Shown one piece after another: positions 1-9,849 of a DNA stretch of 37,020 nt. The first letter of the stretch is position 1. Each line of letters starts with the position of its first letter. The notes beneath the pieces are model-generated. The model made no database searches and was not told where the DNA came from. It saw only the letters and a list, made by a program, of their open reading frames with translations. The position numbers and the translations under genes are program-made. Source of the stretch: Microgenomates bacterium UTCPR1 (GTDB taxonomy: Bacteria; Patescibacteriota; Microgenomatia; UBA1406; GWC2-37-13); NCBI GenBank assembly GCA_002050095.1, contig MWSR01000016.1, forward strand, positions 1 to 37,020, written 5' to 3'.

Positions 1-24
1 CAATTTACTAATTCTTTTTTATCT

Positions 25-903
25 ATGTTTTACGTAATGATTGGAGCTTTACTTTGGGGATTGGACGGTATTGTTCGCCGCGGTCTATTTAATCTTCAGC
101 CGTCAATCGTCGTCTTTTGGGAACACGTTTTAGGAGCGGTCGTCCTTACTCCATTTGTCATTAAAAACTTGAGAGAGCTTAAGAAACTTAACCGCAAAGA
201 GTGGTTGGCCGTCTTTGCCGTCTGTCTTTTTTCGGGTGCTTTGGGAACGATCTTTTATACCGCTGCTCTTGGAAAGGTAAACTACATTCAGTTTTCTGTT
301 GTTGTCTTGCTTCAGCAACTTCAACCAATCTGGGCAATTTCAACCGCTTATTTAGTATTAAAAGAAAAGATAAAAAAAGGTTTTGTTCCCTGGGCGATCT
401 TGGCGATCGCTTCATCATATCTTGTTACTTTCAAGGATCTGAAAGTGAATTTGCATACAGGTCAGGGAACGATCATCGCGGCCGTTTTTGCTCTTCTTGC
501 CGGAATGATGTGGGCGATGTCGACTTCTTTTTCCAAAATATTTTTAAAAAAAATTAGCTCTAAAATGGCAACGTATTTAAGATTTGTTATCTCACCGATA
601 TTTGCCTATCTTGTTATCCTCCTTTCCGGAAAAACAGATGAAATCCTGAAACTGTCTATCTCCAACTGGAAGTCTCTTTTCGTAATCGTTCTCTCAACCG
701 GACTTGTTGCTCAACTCATCTACTACTTCGGTCTTAAAAAAGTTCAAGCCAAAAAAAGCGCCATCTACGAGCTGACCTTTCCAACAACAGCAATTTTTGT
801 TGACTATTTTTATTTTAAAAACACTCTTTCCGCCACTCAACTACTTGGAGCGTTTTTAGTAATGCTCTCAATCTATAAAATTGCAAAGTTGAAAAATGGC
901 TAA
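25..903 (+). CDS. EamA/DMT-family transporter, ImpX-like (probable riboflavin uptake)
   Basis: About 10 hydrophobic helices in two EamA repeats; WGLDG, LFSGALGT and VVVLLQQLQP segments resemble ImpX; overlaps the downstream riboflavin kinase gene. Confidence 0.8.
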   Translation: MFYVMIGALLWGLDGIVRRGLFNLQPSIVVFWEHVLGAVVLTPFVIKNLRELKKLNRKEWLAVFAVCLFSGALGTIFYTAALGKVNYIQFSVVVLLQQLQPIWAISTAYLVLKEKIKKGFVPWAILAIASSYLVTFKDLKVNLHTGQGTIIAAVFALLAGMMWAMSTSFSKIFLKKISSKMATYLRFVISPIFAYLVILLSGKTDEILKLSISNWKSLFVIVLSTGLVAQLIYYFGLKKVQAKKSAIYELTFPTTAIFVDYFYFKNTLSATQLLGAFLVMLSIYKIAKLKNG

Positions 904-1261
904 TGCCTGGCACACCGATATCGTTGTTCATGGGAAAGGGGGAGGAAAAAAACTTGGTTTTCCAACAATTAACCTTAATCCTACTCCATTTATAGATAAA
1001 CTAAAAGAAGGCGTTTATTCTTGTAAAGTGAAGTATAAAGATAAAAAATACTTAGGAGCTCTTTATTTTGGACCAAGAACTATTAATAGATTAGAGAGAT
1101 ATATTTTAGAAGTAAACATCTTTGATTTTTCACAAAGTATCTATGGCGAGAAGGTGGAGTTTAAAATAGGTCAGTTTATAAGAGATCCTATTACTGTGAA
1201 AAATGAAGAAGAATTGATTAATCAGATGAATGAAGACGTTAGGAAAATTCAATCTCTCTAA
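896..1261 (+). CDS. Stand-alone riboflavin kinase (RibF C-terminal domain)
   Basis: VVHGKGGGKKLGFPTIN, GVY, GPRT, LEVNIFDF..IYG and FIR motifs; no FAD synthetase domain. Confidence 0.9.
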   Translation: MANAWHTDIVVHGKGGGKKLGFPTINLNPTPFIDKLKEGVYSCKVKYKDKKYLGALYFGPRTINRLERYILEVNIFDFSQSIYGEKVEFKIGQFIRDPITVKNEEELINQMNEDVRKIQSL

Positions 1262-1494
1262 GTATCTCACTCGGATGAGTCAAGGGATCAACTTTCTCAA
1301 ACTTCTTAACAATATTTCCTTAATTTATTTTTTCTTAAACTCCCGTGTTAAATCTCTAAAACCACAAGCCTCTTTTGTACATCCAGGCGTATCATCTTTT
1401 GGTTAATAATACAAAACTACCCATTTACCTCTATAATCGACAACTTTTGAGTTTTCCCTTCCTGATCCAGCAGTGAAATATCTACAGCTTTCAT
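1239..1494 (-). pseudogene. bcp: Degraded Bcp/PrxQ peroxiredoxin
   Basis: Manual translation: MKAVDISLLDQEGKTQKL / frameshift / [28 protein letters not shown]...KKK* / then GNIVKKFEKVDPLTHPSEIL. PxxxTPGCTxEAC motif present, with a frameshift, in-frame stops and a central deletion. Confidence 0.85.
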
Positions 1495-1501
1495 AAAATT
1501 T

Positions 1502-2266
1502 CTATTTAACAATAATACCACTCTCTTTGTTCTTCCCTTCTTTTAAATTAATATTCTTCAAATATAAATGAATCATTTCCACCTCTTCTTTAGATAGATA
1601 AGTTTTTGATTTATTTATAGCATACTCATGAAATTTATATGCACCAATCCAAATGTTATTTATCTGACCATGGATAGTATTCGTATCAATCCTGCCAAAA
1701 GGGAACTCTAAAATTCCGGTAACAAAATATTTTTTCCTAAACAGCTTTCCCAATAAATCAGATAAAAATAATGATTCGGCGAGTGTTTGTTTAATGTAAT
1801 CCTTCATTATCGGCTTACCGTTAATCAATAACTTATCTTCTTGATAACTGACTAATCCTTTTTCAGCTTTAACCTCTATTGTAAAAACTCCTTTCGGACC
1901 AATGACGATAAAGTCGATATTTCCTCGACCTGTTTGAAAATCTGAAACAATTTTATAATCTTCTCCTAATTCATAAAGACTTTGACTAACATTTAATTCT
2001 GCACCAGCACCAACTCCCCAAGTATGATAGTTCCTCGCTCTCGTCTTCAAATTGTCTTTAATGAGATATTTATATAAAGAGAAAATAAACGGTATAGTTA
2101 AAACTAGAGTGACAACTCCATATAGAAAATTATTTTTAATAAAAAAAATGAACAAAGAAAAAACTATGCCAATAAATAGAACTAAAGTAAACGCTAAACT
2201 CTCCTTCTTAAAATATTCCTTCCTCCACAAATACTGCTTGTAGGTATAACTATCTTTATTTTCCAC
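1502..2266 (-). CDS. NERD-domain (PD-(D/E)xK) nuclease-like protein with two N-terminal TM helices
   Basis: GAGAE...GNIDFIVIGPKGVFTIEVK motif; two hydrophobic segments at about aa 25-68. Confidence 0.8.
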   Translation of the reverse strand: MENKDSYTYKQYLWRKEYFKKESLAFTLVLFIGIVFSLFIFFIKNNFLYGVVTLVLTIPFIFSLYKYLIKDNLKTRARNYHTWGVGAGAELNVSQSLYELGEDYKIVSDFQTGRGNIDFIVIGPKGVFTIEVKAEKGLVSYQEDKLLINGKPIMKDYIKQTLAESLFLSDLLGKLFRKKYFVTGILEFPFGRIDTNTIHGQINNIWIGAYKFHEYAINKSKTYLSKEEVEMIHLYLKNINLKEGKNKESGIIVK

Positions 2267-2302
2267 TTTAATTTGCTCTATAAAATATAAAAGTAATTCA
2301 AG

Positions 2303-3040
2303 TTAGTTAAGTCTAGTTAAATCTAAAAGTGGCTTTTCCCAATCAAAACAAGTTTCTCGATTCTTAAGTTTTTTAAATGACCTTATACAGTTTTGATCCA
2401 ATTTATAAAAATCCAAAAGTACTTCAACGGTTTTTTCCATAAACTCTCCAACTGTACCCTCGGAATCATCAACTCCACCTATTGACAGTTTTTTATCAAG
2501 TCGGAGTAGCAAATCAACAATTAAACTAGCTGACTGCTCGCTCACCGGTAATATAGAAATGATTGTAGATAGTCTATTACATCCTTCAGATAAGGAATTT
2601 TGATAATAAAACCAGGTCCGAGAAGGGCCATTATATGGTTTTATATAACTTACTGCCTTAGAAATTGCCTTTTTTGTCTCATGCAAGACTGAATCATTAA
2701 GAATACCAGTTTTACCGCTACAAATCGGTGCGGTAAATTGCTTTTTGTCTTCCTCTGTTAACGGTTCACCGTTTTTGACAACATATATTGCTAAAGCAAC
2801 CATATGTTTGCATAAAACATCCCTTTGTCCTAAATAACAGTCGCAATGTCCGTAATCATGTCTCCTATCTTCAACAAAAACATGATATGGTTCTGTTCCA
2901 ATGACAACTGCCGTATATGATCTTATATGCTCTTCAACCTGTGTGACTTTTCCTGACTCATATAACTTAATAGCCTTTTGAAAAGTAGGTGAATCTGTAG
3001 AATACTTAATTTTCTCTAAAGTAAAATCAGGCTTATTCAT
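2303..3040 (-). CDS. SWIM zinc-finger protein
   Basis: CDC-x7-CKH SWIM motif after a YxV strand; helical C-terminus. Confidence 0.8.
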   Translation of the reverse strand: MNKPDFTLEKIKYSTDSPTFQKAIKLYESGKVTQVEEHIRSYTAVVIGTEPYHVFVEDRRHDYGHCDCYLGQRDVLCKHMVALAIYVVKNGEPLTEEDKKQFTAPICSGKTGILNDSVLHETKKAISKAVSYIKPYNGPSRTWFYYQNSLSEGCNRLSTIISILPVSEQSASLIVDLLLRLDKKLSIGGVDDSEGTVGEFMEKTVEVLLDFYKLDQNCIRSFKKLKNRETCFDWEKPLLDLTRLN

Positions 3041-3145
3041 AAAATAAAAGTTTTTTATTTTTCAAATATTATCTTGTTTCTTTTTTCTTTTATAAATTGA
3101 ATTATATTAGTGATTGAGTTAAGTAGTAAAAAATCAAACTAAATA

Positions 3146-6100
3146 CTATTTATCTCCTGTCCAATCTTTAGCCAACAATTCCGCCTGTTCTAACACAACC
3201 TTTGTTGCTCCTTCTTGTTTATCAGGTGGATATTTGTATCTCTTTAGTAATCGTTTTATATACACTCTCAGCTTTGCTTGGACACTCTCCCTAATTGTCC
3301 AGTCAACAGTGGTGTTCTTTCGAAGCATATCTACCAATTCTCTAGCCATTGCCTTGAGTGTTTCATCTCCCAACTCACGTACTGCACTTTCGTTGTTTGC
3401 AAGAGCATCGTAAAAAGCCACTTCATCACTCGTCAATCCAAGATTATTTCCTTTTTCTCGTTCTGACTTAATTTTTTTTGCAAGCTCTAGTAACTCTATG
3501 ATTACCTGTGTAGCTTCAATAGTTCTATTTTGATATTTTCGGATTGTCTCCTCAAGCATTTTTGCAAACGACCTCGATTTGACTAGATTTGTTTTTGTCA
3601 TAGTTCGTAGTTCATCGTTGAGTAGTTTCTTCAAAAGTTCCATCGCCACATTCTTATGCTTCATATTATTTACCTCCTCTAAAAACTCCTCTGAAAAGAT
3701 AGAAATATCAGGAGATTTAATACCTGCAGCCGAATAAATATCAATAACCGTATCTGTTGTAACCGCTGATGAGATTATCTGCCTAATCGCCATATCATAT
3801 TCTTCATCAGTCGGGCCCCCCTCGTAAGATTCCATCTTTATTATCCCACTTCTGACAATCTGAAAGAATCCAACTTCGTCTCGGATCTCAATTGCTTTAT
3901 CGTGTGGTACAGCTAGCGAGAATGCCTTCGACAGCTCCGATACTGCTTTAAAATATCGTCTCTTACCATTGGGAATACCCAAGATAAAATCAGTCGCAGA
4001 TGAGATGGTTTTGGTCCGCTCGGAAGGTGAACTGCTGAAGTAATTTTTATAATCAAATCCATGATACATCTCTTTGACTACTTCGTATTTCTCAAGCATA
4101 ACTGACACAGTTTCATCTTGAGGAATGGCAGTTTCCTGTCTATCAGATTTTGAATAGTAAGAAAGCGCTTCTTTTAATTCAGGAGCTATACCAATATAGT
4201 CAACTATTAAACCGCCTTGTTTGTCTTTGTAAACTCTATTAACACGAGCAATTGCCTGCATCAAACCATGCCCTCGCATAGGCTTATCAATGTACATCGT
4301 GTGAAGTGAAGGAACGTCAAAACCAGTCAACCACATATCGCGAACTATAACAAGTTTTAGTTTGTCATCAGGATTCTTCATCCGTCGAGCCATCTGATCA
4401 AGTTTTTGCTTAGGACGAATATGAGGTTGAAAGTCGAGAGGATCTGCAGCACTGCCGGTCATAACCACTTTTATAAACCCTTTACTGTCACTTGGATCAT
4501 GCCATTGCGGGCGAAGTTTAACTATTTCATTGTATAGTTCAACCGCAATCCTACGACTCATTGCAACAATCATTCCCTTACCTTTAGTAACACTAATTCT
4601 GTTTTCAAAATGCTCAACTAAGTCTTTTGCAATTAATCTGATACGTTTTTCTGATCCCACCATCATTTCCAGTCTTGCCCATCTACTTTTCAATTTTTCT
4701 TTTCGCTCCACTTCCTCGCCTTCCGTCAACTCTTCAAATTCAGGATCAATTCTTGGTTGCTCCTTCTTTGCTAGCCCAATGCGCGCAAGTCTGCCTTCAT
4801 AATAAATCGGCACTGTAGCATGATCTTCAACTGCGCGAGTGACATCATAGACATCAATATATTCTCCAAAAACCGCTTTCGTATTTCTATCTGTGAGCTC
4901 AACAGGGGTACCAGTAAACCCAATAAATGAGGCGTTGGGTAGAGCATCCCTCATATGTTTGGCAAATCCACTGATAAATTCGTACTGACTTCTATGAGCT
5001 TCGTCTGCAATGACAACGATATTTTTCCTATCTGATAACATTGGATAGGTTTTATTAGAGTCACTGGGTAGGAATTTTTGAATTGTTGTAAATATCACGC
5101 CGCCTGATGCAACCTTTAAAAGTTCCTGTAATTCGCGTCTATCATTAGCTTGTCTTGGTGTTTGTCGAAGTAGATCCATACATCTGGAGAACGTCCCAAA
5201 AAGTTGATTATCTAAATCGTTTCTATCAGTCAAAATAACCAATGTAGGATTATTTAACTTCTGAATTATTTTTCCTGCATAAAATGCCATTGTTAGACTT
5301 TTGCCTGATCCTTGTGTGTGCCATACCACTCCTCCTCTCCTATCTCCCGCCTCTTGGGTAGCTCTGACCGTACTTTCAACTGCCTTGTTGGTAGCAAAAT
5401 ATTGGTGATAAGCACCAGCTTTTTTGACTATTTTTTCATTACCCTGGCCTCTGGTTGAGTCAACCTCAAAGACGATAAAGTTTGAGATAAGATCAAGTAA
5501 TCGTGATCTATTAAAAATCCCTTTAAGCATTACCTCTAACTGTGGTAAAGTGCTGGGTGCTAGTTCTTTTCCGTCAATTGTTCTCCATCTAGTAAACCAC
5601 TCCCAGTTTGCAGATATAGTCCCTACTCGAGCCTCGTTTCCATCAGAAATAACAATAAGTTCGTTGTAGGCAAAGAGAGTTGGTATATCTTTTTTGTATA
5701 TTTGGATTTGATTAAAAGCACCCTTGACCGTAGCCTTCTCATCACCTGGATTTTTTAGCTCAATAACTACAACCGGTAAGCCGTTTATAAAAATAATTAC
5801 ATCTGGACGACGATTGTTATTTTGCTCTACTATTGTAAACTGGTTTACTGCCAAAAAATCATTATTCTCAATATTTTCAAAATCAACAATGCGAGCTTTA
5901 TCACCTGCAACAGTCCCATCATCCCTCATATATTCAACATCTACTCCGTCTCGCAAATATGAATGAAAAGCCTTATTGTTGGCGGTTAAGTTAGGAGTAA
6001 GATGAGCCACATGTAAAACCTTCTTTAGTGCATCTTCCTTAGCATCTTCGGGAATATCAGGGTTGAATTTATCTATTGCTTCTTTCAATCTATCTTCAAG

Positions 6101-6274
6101 AATTACATCTGCATACGATTCGCGCTCTTTACTTACCGTAGCCTCGGTGAAGGAGGGCTGATCTGCCACATTCATTTCTGGCGATATATCAGGCCCATAC
6201 TTGATCGTATATCCAAGCTCCCCAAACCACTCAAGCGCCGCCATCTCTAAGGTTGATTCTGTGTATTTAGTCAT
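3146..6274 (-). CDS. hsdR: Type I restriction endonuclease subunit R
   Basis: PD-x-ELK nuclease motif ([20 protein letters not shown]), [34 protein letters not shown]. Confidence 0.97.
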   Translation of the reverse strand: MTKYTESTLEMAALEWFGELGYTIKYGPDISPEMNVADQPSFTEATVSKERESYADVILEDRLKEAIDKFNPDIPEDAKEDALKKVLHVAHLTPNLTANNKAFHSYLRDGVDVEYMRDDGTVAGDKARIVDFENIENNDFLAVNQFTIVEQNNNRRPDVIIFINGLPVVVIELKNPGDEKATVKGAFNQIQIYKKDIPTLFAYNELIVISDGNEARVGTISANWEWFTRWRTIDGKELAPSTLPQLEVMLKGIFNRSRLLDLISNFIVFEVDSTRGQGNEKIVKKAGAYHQYFATNKAVESTVRATQEAGDRRGGVVWHTQGSGKSLTMAFYAGKIIQKLNNPTLVILTDRNDLDNQLFGTFSRCMDLLRQTPRQANDRRELQELLKVASGGVIFTTIQKFLPSDSNKTYPMLSDRKNIVVIADEAHRSQYEFISGFAKHMRDALPNASFIGFTGTPVELTDRNTKAVFGEYIDVYDVTRAVEDHATVPIYYEGRLARIGLAKKEQPRIDPEFEELTEGEEVERKEKLKSRWARLEMMVGSEKRIRLIAKDLVEHFENRISVTKGKGMIVAMSRRIAVELYNEIVKLRPQWHDPSDSKGFIKVVMTGSAADPLDFQPHIRPKQKLDQMARRMKNPDDKLKLVIVRDMWLTGFDVPSLHTMYIDKPMRGHGLMQAIARVNRVYKDKQGGLIVDYIGIAPELKEALSYYSKSDRQETAIPQDETVSVMLEKYEVVKEMYHGFDYKNYFSSSPSERTKTISSATDFILGIPNGKRRYFKAVSELSKAFSLAVPHDKAIEIRDEVGFFQIVRSGIIKMESYEGGPTDEEYDMAIRQIISSAVTTDTVIDIYSAAGIKSPDISIFSEEFLEEVNNMKHKNVAMELLKKLLNDELRTMTKTNLVKSRSFAKMLEETIRKYQNRTIEATQVIIELLELAKKIKSEREKGNNLGLTSDEVAFYDALANNESAVRELGDETLKAMARELVDMLRKNTTVDWTIRESVQAKLRVYIKRLLKRYKYPPDKQEGATKVVLEQAELLAKDWTGDK

Positions 6275-6276
6275 TT

Positions 6277-7959
6277 TTAAAATGGCATATCTTCATTTGA
6301 TTGCATTTCTGGTTCACTATCTAATAAGCAACTTTTAACATTATTTCTTTTGAGCGCATTAATTTTTTCGACCACATCTTTAATCCAATAAGGAATAGAC
6401 TCCTTATTAGTAATTTGTCTCTTTATCATCAAGTATAATGACAAGCCCTTGCAGTCTTGCGGAACCGTAAATCCTAAAGTTTGTTCAAATTCATCTTCAA
6501 ATCCAAGGTATCGATCTTTCACCTGTCCATCTGGATAATCTGAATTAAGATCCTCGTTTAATAATCGAAATAACTCTCTATTTTTACCAATATTGACATC
6601 TTTTTCGCTTGTCGAATCTAAGTGTCTGTCACCATCAAATATGACATAGCAAGGTATGCCAAACTCACTATAAAGACGATAAAATCTATCTAATTCATTT
6701 TTACTTCCACATCTGACAATTGTGATACCTTCCTTGATATAGTCAAATTCAAAGAGGTCAAAGAGGTAAGGTAAAGCGAGACTCTCAGAACTTCCTTCTA
6801 CAAGTATTATCTTGTTAGCAAAGAAGGCCTCATTTGCCTTCTGTGAATCTCCTGTTTCATCACATGCATTTCTGTAATGCGTAAGTAGAGTTTGTTCATC
6901 CGTATCTGTATTGGTTCGAATTTTTAAGTCCTTAATAAACCTGTCGACTTCGGCTTGAAGCAAGTTAGTACCATTATCTTTTGGTTTGCAGACAAGAAAA
7001 ATTTCATCAAAGTGGCCTGCTGAAAGAAAATTCGGAGAATGCGTTGTGTAAAATACTTGAGTTCCAGATTCAGCAAGCTTTCTTAATATCCGATAAAAAT
7101 TGCGTTGAGCTTGAGGATGAAGAAACAGTTCAGGCTCATCAATAAAAATTGGTGTTTTGTTATTAAGGTTAATTTCAGAATAAGCTTTTAATACTGCAAT
7201 AGAAATTGAAGCTTGCATCCCCATGCCTAGTGTAGACGCTCTAAAATCTAAGCTAGTGTCAGGTTCGTGAACCAGTATTTGAAGTGTGCGATAGAAGTTC
7301 CAAGGATCGTAGAGATTCAAATCCACTTTAAATTCAGAAGGTAATTTGTTTAGTTGCTTTGCGCTTTCTTCCTGAAGAATCGTAATAAATTTTTTCATTG
7401 TTTCATTACCATCTGCATCTTTAACTGAAAATAACAATTCGTCTCTAACTCGTTTTAACTCATCCTTGAGCTTGTCAGATTTTAAGGTTCCATCTTCTAA
7501 TGACTCTGATTTAAACTGTTCGTTAATTTGTTGTAAAATTCTTCCTACAAGACTCCATTTATTAGAAGGCATATAGTCATTAATTTGCCTATCTACTCCT
7601 AAAAATCCAGAACAATATTCTTTTCTGACTTCATCTTTGATGTACCCTCCTCCAAGATTTAACCCAATTTTTATTTCTCCTCTATGGTCGCGCCATTCTT
7701 CAGCTAGTTCTAGAGTCTTCCCATCGTCAAAAGTCAATTGAATCTTAATTTTATTATCAAGATTTCCTAAATAGCGATCTTCTGTTTGAGTTGAATTGAA
7801 GGATGGATAAACAGGTCCTAACAACCAATAAATTGCATTCAAAATATTACTTTTTCCAGCACTATTTTCACCTATGAAAGCATTCAAGCCTTCATTTGGT
7901 TTGAAATGAAGTTTGCTTATGCTCTTATAGTTTTCAATGGATACATCAGTTATTTTCAT
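6277..7959 (-). CDS. OLD-family ATP-dependent nuclease (ABC ATPase + TOPRIM)
   Basis: Walker A GENSAGKS, signature-like LGMGMQ, Walker [13 protein letters not shown]-loop TTHSP; [14 protein letters not shown] and DGD. Confidence 0.9.
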   Translation of the reverse strand: MKITDVSIENYKSISKLHFKPNEGLNAFIGENSAGKSNILNAIYWLLGPVYPSFNSTQTEDRYLGNLDNKIKIQLTFDDGKTLELAEEWRDHRGEIKIGLNLGGGYIKDEVRKEYCSGFLGVDRQINDYMPSNKWSLVGRILQQINEQFKSESLEDGTLKSDKLKDELKRVRDELLFSVKDADGNETMKKFITILQEESAKQLNKLPSEFKVDLNLYDPWNFYRTLQILVHEPDTSLDFRASTLGMGMQASISIAVLKAYSEINLNNKTPIFIDEPELFLHPQAQRNFYRILRKLAESGTQVFYTTHSPNFLSAGHFDEIFLVCKPKDNGTNLLQAEVDRFIKDLKIRTNTDTDEQTLLTHYRNACDETGDSQKANEAFFANKIILVEGSSESLALPYLFDLFEFDYIKEGITIVRCGSKNELDRFYRLYSEFGIPCYVIFDGDRHLDSTSEKDVNIGKNRELFRLLNEDLNSDYPDGQVKDRYLGFEDEFEQTLGFTVPQDCKGLSLYLMIKRQITNKESIPYWIKDVVEKINALKRNNVKSCLLDSEPEMQSNEDMPF

Positions 7960-7965
7960 ATATGT

Positions 7966-8092
7966 TTATTTTGATCTTCCACTCATAAGCCTCGGCAAAA
8001 ATGAATTTGTTTGGCTCATATTTCTTAATAATATTTAACCTTCCAAACAATTCCAGCATTGTGAGTGCTAAATTTGTTTCTGTGTATTTCAT
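7966..8092 (-). repeat. Cassette junction repeat B: hsdR-5'-like segment fused to hsdS-3'-like segment
   Basis: Reads MKYTETNLALTMLELFGRLNIIKKYEPN (cf. Hsd[30 protein letters not shown]), then after a 1-nt shift SFLPRLMSGRSK* (cf. HsdS end ELLPRLMSGRLRV*); about 70% nt identity to 8880-9005 by manual alignment. Confidence 0.85.
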
Positions 8093-8883
8093 TTCTTTTT
8101 TTTATTCTCTTTCACTTTTTCTTCTTTATGTTCACTAATGTCAAAGTAATCATTTGGATTATTTGCATCTGTCTTTACAACATACATCTTGTTGTTATGC
8201 TCTAATAATATAGTTCTAATAGGATACATCCAATTAGTGCGATCTGTAAGTTCCAGCTTAATACTTACTTTGCCAGCAAAATACATATTAATCTTGTTGA
8301 GAGTTTCTGAATAAATTCGCTCTCGTCTATTTTCATATTCTCTTGCCAAATATATTTTTATCGAAAATACAGATAATGGAAAAACAGCCAGACATACCAT
8401 CGCTACATAGGTAATTGCTGTACATAAAATGTTTTGACTCATTAAAAGTAATATAAACATGATTATGCATCCCAAGACAGATATAAAAGCTGATTGATAG
8501 ATTGTGAAACCCCAAGGCTCATCAACTATATCTTTATCATTACGAGCATTAGATGTTGTACTTGCGGTCACTTGTCCAGCTATTGGTTGTTGAGATTGTT
8601 TATCATTTTGTTGTCTTTGTTGCTTCCAATAATGATCTCTCTTTTTTGTGTTTGGATATATTTTTACATCAATATTATGTCTATTCACATACGTTCCAAG
8701 GACAATTAAAAAAGTTAAAACAATGGTGATTATATTAGAAATATTAAAAAACTCAGATCTTTGTGCAAAGAGCAAAGAAAAATTGCTACTCAAAAAGTAT
8801 TGTGACAAAGCAATCATTATTGCTGCAATAAAACCAATTGATTGGAATAGGTCTTCTAAGAATGTCCTGTTTTTCATATTCAT
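8089..8883 (-). CDS. Hypothetical membrane protein (about 4 TM, Q-rich loop, soluble C-terminal domain)
   Basis: Two pairs of hydrophobic helices separated by a Q/T-rich linker; no recognised family. Confidence 0.75.
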   Translation of the reverse strand: MNMKNRTFLEDLFQSIGFIAAIMIALSQYFLSSNFSLLFAQRSEFFNISNIITIVLTFLIVLGTYVNRHNIDVKIYPNTKKRDHYWKQQRQQNDKQSQQPIAGQVTASTTSNARNDKDIVDEPWGFTIYQSAFISVLGCIIMFILLLMSQNILCTAITYVAMVCLAVFPLSVFSIKIYLAREYENRRERIYSETLNKINMYFAGKVSIKLELTDRTNWMYPIRTILLEHNNKMYVVKTDANNPNDYFDISEHKEEKVKENKKKK

Positions 8884-9005
8884 ATTTTACCATTCATTAA
8901 TTTTAGTAAAAATGATTTATCTGACTTTTGTTCCTTAATAAGATTTAATCTTTTAAATAATTCCAGTGTTATCAGTTCAAAAATTGGTTCTGTATCTTTA
9001 GTCAT
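8880..9005 (-). repeat. Cassette junction repeat A: hsdR-5'-like/hsdS-3'-like fusion, intact 41-codon mini-ORF
   Basis: MTKDTEPIFELITLELFKRLNLIKEQKSDKSFLLKLMNGKI*; starts 1 nt after the upstream stop and its TGA overlaps the next ATG. Confidence 0.85.
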
Positions 9006-9006
9006 A

Positions 9007-9849
9007 CTAGGCCACCAGTAAATTTTTTCCAAACCTTGCTTGAGACAAAATATTAATACATTCTTTCATCGCCTTATAAAGATTTATTGATAGTTGATAG
9101 TAATCAGTATAGAAACTTACAAATTCTTCAACATCAACTCCATTATCAATAAACTCCATATCTCTATAGTTTGCTTTTATTCTATACCAATATAAAAACT
9201 CACAAAGGTTAACTTTTTTCTGTGAAAATTCTAATTTAGTTTTTCCAGCCAGTCTTCTAATTTTTTTATATCTTTTGAAGTCATCAGTTTTATATAAAAC
9301 TAGCTTTTTAATTATTTGCTTGAACCTTAGATTTTCATCAGCCGTACGTCTTTTAACATTTTCAGACTTTGGAATAGTCCATGACCAAGTGTCTGCAACA
9401 GAATGGATAGAATTATAATTTTTATTATTGAATTTGAATTCTCCACATTCAAGAGAATTTCGAAAACTTTCAACTAGTCCTGAGTGGGTAATCGTTAAAT
9501 CTGTATCTCTGGCAGATTTTAAGTACTGGATTAGAAGCAATAAATTAAAAAATAAGTAATAGGACTTAACAGGAATCCATGAAACGCAGATCACAGCATA
9601 GTCTGGGTACTTGTCAATATTATTTTTTTCCCCTCTAAGATTCTCTAGTGTTAGCTCAATAAGCTTTACCTTTTGAGCTACTCTTTTATCTTGACTAATC
9701 CGTTTAGTGATATTTAACTCACAAGTAAGCTCGAGTCTTAACGACTGATTGCTCATGTACTTCAAATAATTTGCATGAGTTACAAAGGCTGGATGTTCTA
9801 ATGGTCTTATTGACGCCTTTAATTTGTCACCAAACGCTAACCGCCTCAT
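9007..9849 (-). CDS. Putative HEPN-domain protein (candidate RNase effector)
   Basis: SYYLFF...THSGLVESF...YRIKANY matches the YY / H.G / RxxAxY pattern of UPF0332-type HEPN domains. Confidence 0.6.
   Translation of the reverse strand: MRRLAFGDKLKASIRPLEHPAFVTHANYLKYMSNQSLRLELTCELNITKRISQDKRVAQKVKLIELTLENLRGEKNNIDKYPDYAVICVSWIPVKSYYLFFNLLLLIQYLKSARDTDLTITHSGLVESFRNSLECGEFKFNNKNYNSIHSVADTWSWTIPKSENVKRRTADENLRFKQIIKKLVLYKTDDFKRYKKIRRLAGKTKLEFSQKKVNLCEFLYWYRIKANYRDMEFIDNGVDVEEFVSFYTDYYQLSINLYKAMKECINILSQARFGKNLLVA

Noticed and set aside
1239-1510. attR duplicate of the tRNA-Gln 3' end at the far island boundary
   Set aside because: No match to TTCGAATCCAAGCTCCGCA seen by eye.
6277-7959. Gabija or retron system call for the OLD nuclease
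   Set aside because: No GajB/UvrD helicase or reverse transcriptase nearby.
8019-8046. Xer/dif-like site in the junction repeats (ATTTCTTAATAATATTTAACC)
   Set aside because: Only partial resemblance to XerC/XerD arms, wrong arm arrangement, and AT-rich matches are expected by chance.
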